64,000 nt of DNA. It comes from Paragordius varius (lineage: Eukaryota > Animalia > Nematomorpha). This document shows, piece after piece, positions 14,474 to 25,500 of the stretch. The notes under the pieces were generated by a model that was given only the letters and a program-made list of their open reading frames with translations, was not told the DNA's origin and ran no database searches. Each line of letters starts with the position of its first letter. The stretch's first letter is position 1. The translations under genes were made by a program, and so were the position numbers. The stretch lies in the NCBI GenBank assembly GCA_964247055.1, contig OZ176055.1:4774001-4838000 (forward strand). The letters run 5' to 3'.

Positions 14474-14474
14474 A
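14426..14474. repeat. Compound (AT)n(GT)n microsatellite
   Basis: Seen directly in the sequence. Confidence 0.95.
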
Positions 14475-15021
14475 TAAATAACAAGGGGTTTCAGACACAC
14501 ATTTAAAGCGTCTCATGCATAATATGTAAACTGCCAGTTTATTATTAAACAAAATGCATGTTTACATTGAATATATGTTGAAAAAAATACTAAAATACAT
14601 ATGGCTATATTTTAGTTTTACATATATATTTTTTAACACTTCATAATCCTTTTACTTTTTTTCTTCCAGTTGACATGAGACCGATGTAAACGAATTCTGT
14701 TTTAAAAATTATTTTAGTAAAAAGTTAATGTTCTCATGTTTTTGTTAAAAACCTTATATTTTTACAGTTTTGCGACTAGAGTCTAAAATTGGGTCAGCTC
14801 CAAAACACGATGGAAACGAACAGCTGATTTTAAAATCTTATAAAGTTTTTGCTGGTTAAATGTAGCTTGAAAACTTATTCAGGTAAAATACTTACATTTT
14901 CCATAATATAAATTTATTTGTTGTTGCATTAGTGATTTAAAAATTTATGGGAAAATGGCATTAAAAAAGAGTAGAGTATTTTTTACAATTTTTAGAAAAA
15001 AATTGTGGAATGCGCCTAAAA

Positions 15022-17448
15022 CAGTGGTACTCACCAAAAAAATTTGACGGGCCAAATAAATATTTTTTTTTCGAGGGCCATGAACCTTATAATGGCAATT
15101 ATCCATAGCTATTTGACACATACGCACATATTTATACTCTAAATCAGCACAATGAATTTTTTGCGGGTCGCATGTAAATGCAGCTAAAAATTCGTTTTGC
15201 ACCATTTAGTTTTAAAAATTAAAATATATTGATAACAACATTTATTTTAATATTAACCAATAATTTTTGACAAATTTGGTTTCGCCTCATGGCAGGCCAT
15301 TCTTAATACGTCGTCCATATGATCATTAGTTAAGCGATATCTGTAAGTATTCTTGATATACTTCATTTTTGAATATGCCGTCTCACGCGTGTAAGTTGAT
15401 GGAAAAATAGTTAAGATAACTTGAGCACATTTTTTTATATTTTCATATTTATTTGGCACAACTTGCCAAAACTCTACATATCTTCTCTACGGTTTTCCTT
15501 AAATATAGCTTCCAAATTGGAATCATTTTTAAAATCAACGAATTCTTCAGTGATAACCGCCTGATCAAAACCGAAAAGCTCAAGTTGCTTAATGTTGGAT
15601 ATATCCATATGCCATGGATTTTCCACTAGTTTTAAGCAATTTTTTATATTTTTTAATTCTTTAAATATGAATTTTATCTCATTAGATAAAAATGTTAAAT
15701 GTTGTGTATTATTAAATTAATATCCGCGGTAAATTCCATATTTTCTTTATAAATCGTTTTAAGTGTAGGAAAATGTAGGAGTGTTTTATCTGTAAAATCT
15801 TGTTTATATATTATTAATTTTTCTTCAAAAGCAAATATATGATTAGCAAATTGGGTTTTTATTTTGCTCCCTTGGACTTGTATTAAAAGTACTAAGTTTA
15901 TAAGTAATGTCGCAAAGGTAGGCTAATAAAACCCACCATTTGTCACTATTAATTTCCTCGTCAAACTGTTATCTTTTATAAATAATAGAATTTCATGTCT
16001 TAAATCAAAAAATCTATTCAATACTTTGCTAAGGCCTAGCCATATCACAGCGGTGTACAAAAGAATATCATCAAACTCACTGTGGATATCTTTAAGAAGG
16101 TTTTTGAATTTACGGTGATTGAATTCTCTGCCACGGATGTAGTTAACTATATCCACCACCGTTTTAATTACTAAATTTAATGATTCATCTTTTACACGCG
16201 AAACCAAGTTTTGCTGATGAATAAAGCAGTGAAAGGATAATAGATTTTGCAAATTATATTTGTTTTAAAGAGGAATAAACCCTTTGTTTATTCCAATCAT
16301 AGAGGGACAGCCATCTGTGCAGATCGAAACCAATTTTTCATAGATATACCATTATTATCGAAAAAAGTGCTAATTACTTCAAGAAAATCACTGCCTTTTG
16401 TGGTATTATTCATTGGTAAAAATTTCAAATATTCCTCGTTGATTATGTTGTCGTTGCAAAATCTCACGAAGAGCGCACATTGAGATGTTGAACTTATATC
16501 AGTGCTAGAATCGATTGCAATACTGAAGTATTTGCAATTTTTCAGAGCCAATAATGTATTGTTAAAAATATATTTAGACATATCTTCAATGCGTCGAGCA
16601 CATGTTGAATCAGAAAGTTGAAGTTTTTTAATTTGCCTCATGATTTGATCTTTATTATGGAATTTATCAAATAAAAAAGTACCATTTATTAAACATTCTT
16701 TTATTAGTTGGGAATCAGTAAACGGTTTCATATTTTTTCCTAAAATATAGCAAATTTCATAGGAAGCTAATGTTACAGCTTTTTCCTTGGAAAAAGCTAT
16801 GGCCATAATAGATTTTTCTTTCTCGTATAATTCCTTAAAATTTTTATATTTTTCATTTCTTTCCTCAAGATTTTCTGGTAATTTATGAGAATGATGGATT
16901 TTAAAATGTCTTTCAATATTGTATTTTTTTATAATTATATCCTTGCATATAAGGCAGGTAGCAACACTGTTATTTAAAACGACAAAAAAATTATTTTCCC
17001 ATTCTTTTTTAAAGGAGCGATTTTCATCGGATAATTTACGTTTTTTGGCATTAGATGTCATCCTTTGAATTTATGTTTAAATATTATGTAAAAAAAATAG
17101 GAATATAAATTGAATTATGCTATAAAAAACAGGTCGAAATTTAATGATATTGAGTTGAAAATATTTTATGGGAATGAGTTTTAAAAATGATGCAGGATAG
17201 CAATGAAATGTATGTGCACTGGGTGAAAACAAAAAAGAAATGCAATAAAAATTTCAAAAAGAAAAGAAAAAAACAACGTGTGCCCATAAATCATAAATTT
17301 TAAAATCATTTTAAGGGAAATTTTTCTACATTTCAAATTGGGTAAAAAATAAATATTATTTAAAAAAAATTAAATATCAGTCATAGTGCATTTTTAAAGC
17401 ACACTTAGGGCCGCATGCGGCCCGCGGGCCGCGGTTTGAGTATCACTG
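15022..17448 (-). mobile_element. Full-length but decayed hAT DNA transposon (Buster / GTF2IRD2-SPIN-like)
   Basis: TIRs CAGTGGTACTCA / TGAGTATCACTG. Perfect 8-bp TSD gcctaaaa (15014-15021, 17449-17456) with the nnnTAnnn pattern typical of Buster hATs. Subterminal GCGGCCCGCGGGCCGC palindrome. Internal transposase remnants. Confidence 0.92.
15253..17061 (-). pseudogene. hAT transposase pseudogene
   Basis: ORF pieces 17061-16297 (KRK...F+.EW, BED finger CLIC...RHFKIHH, FSIAIDSSTDIS, LFVRF), 16252-15923 (HCFIHQQNL, W...KVL.RF) and 15459-15253 (FPSTYTRETAYSKMKYIKNTYRYRLTNDH). Several frameshifts and a stop separate them. Confidence 0.9.
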
Positions 17449-17470
17449 GCCTAAAAGGTTAACATTAAGG

Positions 17471-18490
17471 GTGGGGTGATAAAAAAGTCGCACTTGACTT
17501 GTAAGCCAAGTGTGGCAAGTTGAGCAAGATTACTTAAGCCAGCAAGTGTACACTTGAAGATCGGTGATAAAAAAAACACTTAAGTCAAGTCTTTTGCTTA
17601 TGAATGTAACATTTTTTTGCTACCCAATTCGAATTTTATGGAAACTTTTTTGATCATTTTCAGCCAATAAGGCACAAAAAGATAAACAATTAATACAATA
17701 TGCAATATTTAAGTTTTTCAAACTCATTGGCACTTATCTTATTTAATATTATAGAGTATTCTAAATTTTGAGCCTGGTAATAATTTTTAGATTGATGAAA
17801 CCATTCGCCCTTAAAACACTTTCCATTATTTTACCACACTACTTATTTTGTTTAGAGTCCAGTTGCAAAAATAATGGGAAGATTGTTCATACAATATAAC
17901 CTATTATTATTTTTAATTGATTATCAACATTACATTCGAAAAAAATTTATGATGAAATAAATTCTTTACATTAGTTATTAGTAAAGTAACCTTTAGCGTT
18001 TAAATGAAGATTGGAAATTTAATAAGAATAATATTTATTTATTAAGTTTAAGAAATTTTCGAGAATCAAACTTTTTTTCTTTCACGAAATAGATAATTTA
18101 GCAAAGTTTTATAAGCCATGATTAGCAGAATTTTTCAAAAAATTTATACACTTTTGTATCCACCCAATGAATAGATTAATTAACCAAAATTTATCAAATT
18201 AACAATTTATAGCATTAACAACGGTTTGAATTACATATAAAACCTTATTTTTATACATAAATAGTTTCCAAAATAATTTTATCCATATTTTTAAATCTGT
18301 CAAGTGTGCCCTGCACCACACTTGCAAAATCTATAAGTTTTATTTGATCATATGATTTTTTATCACCTCCATATCAAGTTTTCATGTTTGACTTAAGTCG
18401 TGTAATGCTAAATTCTTTTTATCACATGAAAGCAAGCCATGACTTGCAAAACTTGCAAGTCAAGACAAAAAATTTTTTTTATTACCCCAC
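17471..18490. mobile_element. Non-autonomous TIR element (superfamily unassigned)
   Basis: Terminal inverted GTGGGGTGATAAAAAA / TTTTTTTATTACCCCAC, with subterminal repeats of GGTGATAAAAAA and CTTGCAAG/CAAGTC. No clear TSD. Confidence 0.6.
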
Positions 18491-18819
18491 AAAATAAGCT
18501 TTAATATTAGCCTTAAAATTAAATTGCTAATAATATAGTATAGAAACTGCGTCTAAAATCGGCGGTAAAAAATAATCTGATAATATATATTGTGATAGGT
18601 GAATGTATTATTATTGGTGCTTTTGGGCTTTACGAGTGATATAACAAGGTTATTTACTTTTTTGTGGTAAGTGCTCCAGATGAGAAAATGGCAAAATATA
18701 CGAACATTTTTTAAAATAAATATTTTGGTAAAAGCTAATTACTTCAAGAAAAAGTATCACTAAAATATTAACAAATCTATAAAAAGCAAAACACTAAACT
18801 TTAATTTATTCATGTGGGG

Positions 18820-21680
18820 TCCAAAAGTCCCAAATCTTTTTGCTCTTCTAAAATTGGCTAGTTCTCTGAAAATTCCAGATTCGCACGGTAAAATCTAAGA
18901 ATATAGCAATTAAAATATTTTATAAATAACCCATATTTTTTACTTAATTTTATCAAATTTTGTTGAAGCGTACTTCATACATTTTTGAGATAGGATGAAT
19001 TTTAATAATAAAAAACACTTTTTCTCTATAATTTGATGATGCTAACATTCTTGTTCCACAATAAACGTTTACTTAAAACTTTGCTGAATTTATGTAAAAA
19101 ACACAATTAATTACCATATATTTGAAGACGAATAAATAATACTTTAATAATCCTTGAGGTTATAGAAATGTTCAGTATCATTAAATGATTAAATGTTTTA
19201 CCGTTTCCATCATCCTCAAAAATGTATGAGGCATGCTTCAATAAAGTTTGACAAAAATCAATTTTTATATGCATTTTTTCACAAATTTTGGTTGATATCA
19301 AAATGTAGATATTAAACATTTTATGGCGCAATCCCTGCATTTTTGCGTTTATTTAAAACTTGGATACAGCACATTCATTTCAGTGCTTCGATTAAAATCA
19401 TGGTAGTTAGATACCCCAGGCCTGTTTAAAATTAAATACATTAAATATGAAATAAATCGAAAACATGGCAAAATTTTGCACTTATTTAACATTAATAAAC
19501 CGAGTATAAATATTTTTATTCAAAAATACTTGATATTACTTATTTGAATGCAAAACGGAAAGGTAAAAATTGTTAACGTAACATATGTGTATTGGCTAAA
19601 TAAGAAAATATAAAATAAACCACTTTTTCTATTTTTATCAATGTTAGATTTGATTTAATTAAAAATTTGCTTTAATTTTAACGTTAGAATCAAATCTCGA
19701 TATTTTGTAAAAAATTTGTAAAATAAAACTGGCGTCGAAGTAGTTTGACATAAAACCTTTTTTTTAAAAACAAAATTTTATTGAGATATTTTGGCATATT
19801 TCTATAATTTTTATTAGGATAGCATAAATCTAAATTGGGACCGTTTCCTTTAGTAGTTTTATAAAATCCTAACATAAATTTAGCTGGGGTATTTAGATAC
19901 CCCAATTTGAATCGAAGTGTCAAGAGAACCACCCATATTAGAAGAGCAAAAAATTTTGGGACTTCCGGAGCTCAAATCTAAAAATTAAATTTTTCAATTG
20001 TTGTGCTTTTTATAGGTAGTTTTTAATGTATTTTATCAATTTTTAGAATGAAGCATTTGGCTTTCACCAATTCTTTTTATTTAGTTTATTTTTTGATCTG
20101 GATCACTAACAGAAAGTAATTAACACCATGATAATCCAGATGCATTATCCTCTCAGAATATTACCATTTTACCAGCAAATTTTCGAATTTTGGTTCAAAT
20201 ATCAGCGGTTTGATCCTATTATGTTTTGGGGCTATCCAAATTTGGGTATAAGTTAAAAAATGTATAAATTCTAAGTTCTTATCTAATATAGGAGAAGAGG
20301 TTTAGATAAAATTTAATACTTCGATTGAAATTGGGGTATACTTTAGTAAAGGGTAAAAATTTAGAGACATGTGTGCATAAGCTAAATGCAGCAAAATATA
20401 CCACTTTTTCTGTTTATTTTAATGTTAAATGTGATTTTAATAAAAAAGAAAACTCAATTTCAGCCTAAAAATCAAATAAATACGATGCAAAAATGATGTG
20501 AAATAAAATGCCATTCAAGTAGTTTGATGCGGAATTTTCCTCCAAAACTAAATTTTGTTTACATATTTTGGTTTATTTATATCATTTTATTTAGGATAGA
20601 AGCATAAATTTAAATTAAACCGTTTCTTTCAGTAGTTTTTTAAAAATATCACTATATTAATTGTCTGGGGTATTTAAATACCCTAATTTAAATTGAAGTG
20701 TTAAAAATAATACAAAATAAAACAATTTTCTCTTTCTTTCAATGTTAGAAGGGATTTAAATGAAAAATAAATTTAAGCTTGGCTTTTTAACACTTTGGTT
20801 CGAATTGGGGTATCTAAATACTCCAGACTAAATTTCAGTTAGGATTTTTAAAAAACTAGTGAAGGAAACAGTTCCAATTTGAATTCATACGTCTATCCTA
20901 ATAAAAATTATATAAATATGCCAAAATATCTAAATAAAATTTGGTTTTGAAAAAATAGTTCCATGTCAAACTGACGCCATTTTTTTTACAAAATTTTTGC
21001 AAAAAATCGTCTTCATTTAATTTTAAGGGTAAAATTAAAGCTAATATTTTATTTAAAATACATACATTGATAGAAATAGAAAAAGTGGTTTATTTTGTAT
21101 TATTTTTCAATTTTACCAGTGCACATATGTCACGTTAACCAAATTTTTACCTTTCGGTTTTAGCTTAAAATAAGTAATATCAAGTATTTTTGAATAAAAT
21201 TTTTTATATATTTCGGTTTATTAATGTTATATAAATGCAAAATTTTGCCATGGTTTCGATTCCTTCCATACTTTTTAAAGAATTTAATTTTAAACAGGCT
21301 AGGGTAAACTACCCCAATTTGAATCGAATGAATAAAATGAATGTGTTGCATCCAATTAAAATAAAAATGGCATCGAGCAGTTTAATATCGGGCTTTTGTA
21401 AAAACTAAATTTTATTTAGAGATTTCGGCTTATATATATATTTTGTATTAGGAGAAGTATAAATTTTAGTTGGGGCCGTTTCTTTCAGTAGCTTTTTAAA
21501 ATATATACTTAATATAGTCTGGGGTATTTAGATGTCTCAGTTTGAATCGAAGTGCTCAAAAGCCGCCTAAAGAAACGGTCCAAATTAAAATTTATGCTTC
21601 AATCCTAATTAGAATTATATAATCCGAAATAACATAATAAAATTTAGTTAAGAAAAAATACAAATCGACGCCTTTTTTAT
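18820..21680. repeat. Cluster of foldback/MITE-like repeats upstream of AQR
   Basis: A unit of about 600 bp at about 19345-19960 (+) recurs inverted at about 20780-21370. A subunit of about 130 bp (GATAGAAGCATAAATTTAAATTGGGACCGTTTC...GGGGTATTTAGATACCCCAATTTGAATCGAAGTG) recurs in both orientations at about 19820, 20590, 20780, 21450 and 21560. 18835-18875 is the inverted complement of 19925-19965. Boundaries are approximate. Confidence 0.75.
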
Positions 21681-22528
21681 TTTACAATATTTTTCTTAAT
21701 AAAAAGAAAAAATGGCGGCGAAAAAAATTGGCAGAATTTTGTATAAAATTATCTTTTTTTCTATCATACGCCTAAAAAGCTAAAAAAGCATATTTATATA
21801 GGAGCCCTATACTATTTTTTAATTATGTAAATTATAATGGGACTGGAAAACCCAAGAGATGTGTTATTACAGATTACCTCTGGGGTAGTTTTATATCGCG
21901 CGATTTCTAATTTGATATCTTAAAGCTGTTTAATATATTAGTCTGAATTTAAGTACACTTTTTAGTATTTTATTCGTATTATATAATTTTTTAAAAAATG
22001 TAAAATTGTAAAAAAATTCTCATCTTACACTCTTTGCAGCTATTTTTTATTTTTTGAACCGCTAATGCAACAAGCAAATAATTGTATATTACGGTTAGAA
22101 AATGTAATAACTTTAAAAGGCTTCAAAATTCTTTTAACGAGTAAAAATTGGATATATTTTGATTTTAATATTAATGCTCGTTTCAATTGTGTTTCGGAGC
22201 TGCAATATTAGTCTCTATAAGTAATAAAAGTATATAAAATGTAAGCTTTTTATGAAAGACATGAGACTATTTGTTTAAGTGTTAACTATTATAACTTACA
22301 TATGATTTACAGCACATTCAAGCTCTGTGATAAAATTCGAATAATTAAACTAAGATAAAAAATGAAAAAGTAATGGCGTATAATATAAAAGCAAAGGCCA
22401 TATTAACGTTGGCAAATTCTATATTTTTAAATAATTTTTATTATAAATAAAAAGTAAAATTAACAATTTTTTCTATTGGTCATGGTTTTTATAAAAACAG
22501 TCAAAACACATTTTTTAGCTGAACTAAC

Positions 22529-25500
22529 ATGGAATTCAAAAACCCTACAACATTTAATCGGGATCAAATACTTTCGATGTACAATGATATATTTATGGGG
22601 TAAAATAAAATGTTTATTTAGAAATAAAATTAATACAACAAAAATACATTTTTTAGAGTTTTCACAAATTTTGGAAGAATATTTATGGCCAAATTATAGT
22701 CACATCACAGTATATATATATATATATTATATATAGACATCAAAAGAGTATATAATATTAATAGTTGCTATTACAAACGAAAAGATCAGGCAAAAAATTG
22801 CAGCCTTAAAAGTTTTTTTAAAAATAAAACCTAGGTATTTGAATGCGAATCACGTTTTGAATTATTTTTCCATGAATTCCTTAAACTTTTTTCAGAGGAT
22901 ATTAAATTTGCGGAACTTACACAATTGATATACTTTTTAAATTATGCATTCAACAGTCTGGTATATCTTAAATAATTTTAGGAAATACAATATGTTCGAA
23001 AGTACACACAGAAAATGGTGTCGTTAATTACCTGGAAATTTATTCGTGAGGTATGGTATCTGTTATTATTCCGCTACATATTTTATATCATAAAAAATAT
23101 GGTTTATTTTTATTATATGAAAAGCTCTTTTAGCTCTTCTTTATGACCCCCTTCCTATGTGCGTTTTTTTTAAAAATAGCATATACTTATTAGATCATGA
23201 TGACAGTTATGATCGTATAAAAATGAGAACATCTACTCTAAATTATAATTCTCTTTAAAATAATTTTTATATCTAGGATAGTATTAATTCTTATATATAT
23301 AATTTTATATTTTTTAAAAAGGGGTCATTATGCGGATAATGTCAAATGTCTTTTCACAATCGGGTTAATTTGTTTATATATTATTATTTTTCATCCTGTT
23401 GCCGCTATTTTTTTTAAAACCTGTCAATAAAATATATTTATGGTTTTTAACAACAAATTTACTTTTAATACACTCAATAATACAAGCAACTTTTAAATAT
23501 GGCACTATGATCAGTATCTTTAAATCAGAACTTTTAATTTATTCAAAATTTTAATTCGGGAGTTTTAAAACATAAAATGTACAAACTGCATTTTGAATCG
23601 TATCTAATTACATCAATTATAAAATTATGTTAATAGACAAAATTGTTTAACACTAGCTTTGATTGATAACACCTTATAAAATCTTTTTGTTGAGCATTAC
23701 AAAATAATAAGGGAAAACTACAAAATTATATTCGGTGATGCAACAAAGCAAAAATATAATATGACATGGTTCAAACCACTCTCAATGACAAATGGTTTTA
23801 ACTTATCATTTGTTAAGAGAAAAGAAACAACAATAAACGTTTTTAAAAATTGTATATAAAGAACCATTTTATCCATACTAATTTTTATATATTTTTTTGC
23901 GCTGAGGACGGACACACGTTAAAATGTCCGAAACCGTTCGCGAATTTTATTTATTCTATGATATGTTTTAAATAAATTTCTATATTTTTATACTATTCAC
24001 GTGTCGAAAATAATTTATATTCTTCAAAAATATAATAACCAAATATTGGGCTAGACACTTTCTAACCCGCATTAATTAACGAAATGAATATGGATTCGCT
24101 TTAATGTTGTTTATTTTTATAATTAAATATGTATATTTTATATTGTTTTATTAATAATGAATCACACAATCAGAATCGCCGAGAACAAGAATTTAGAAAA
24201 ATCCCTAAATTAAGGAAACTATACAATGCTTTCTTAAAAAAGGATGCTGCTGATACTCTTAACAAACCTCATGAAACAATTTACCAATCATTTTTGCGTA
24301 ATTTAATGGACAACTTTTTACACGTTGTTCTGCGAGGTTTATCAATATTTTGTTTGCTTATAATTTTATCACTCTCAAATATATTACACAATGTGCCAAA
24401 TTTTTCGATTTAACACTTGGATACAACACACTCATTAGGGGTAGTTGGATACCCCAGGCCTGTTAAAAATTAAATACTTTAAAAAGTATGGAAGGAATCG
24501 AAACCATGGCAAAATTTTGCACTTATATAACATTAATAAACCAAAATATTTAAAAAATTAATTCAAAAATACTTGATATTACTTATTTTAAGCTAAAACC
24601 GAAACGTAAAAATTTCGTCAACGTGACATGTATAAAATTGTAAAATTAAAAAATAATACAAAATAAACCGCTTTTTCTATTTATATCAATGTTAGATGTC
24701 ATTTATATAAAAAATTAGTTTTAGTTTTACGCTTAAAATTAAATGAAGACGATATTTTGCAAAAATTTTGTACAATAAAAATGGCGGCGAAGTAGAAACT
24801 TTTTTTTCAAAACAAAATTTTATCAAGATATTTTGGCATATTTATATAAATTTTATCAGGATAGAAGCATAAATTTAAATTGGGACCGTTTTCTTCAGTA
24901 GTTTAAGTTTTAAAGTTTTTGGAAAAAAAGGGTCACTTATTAGAATTTTATAATGGTTAAAAACAGATTCATAATTTATAAATTATTTTTAATAGAAACG
25001 TTTTTTTAAACCAAGTTGTTTTGTTTCCCTTAGATATCGATTCAAAAATTATTAAATGTATATCTGCGAACGACAAAAATTTGTGCAAGGAATTATCTGT
25101 GCCTATCAAATATGCTGAGCATTTTTTGGAATTGTTAATTGATTTAGAGGCTCATTTACCTAACAGAAGATTCTTCAATATTGTGTTGGATGATTTCCAT
25201 TTCATAACAAGTTGCGATTTGAGTCATTTGAATTATGCGTCGAAAGGAAAACATCATTTTAAAATTTCCACCATAATCACGAATGACTCAAATAAAGTAT
25301 TTAATGAATTACACTCGCGATGCAAGTTATTTGGTCAGGTATATATTTATTTCTACGGTATATAATGCTATTTCGAACATATTTAAATTTTTTTATATAT
25401 TTAGCTTTTGGATAATCTTAAATTTTATCATTCATTTGAGATCGATGATATATCAGGCGAACCTTACACAGAGGACGAAATGATTAATTATCATTATGAA

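Noticed and set aside
19107-19340. 77-aa minus-strand ORF as an exon of an additional gene
   Set aside because: No recognisable homology, no phase-compatible neighbouring exons, and it lies within the repeat cluster.
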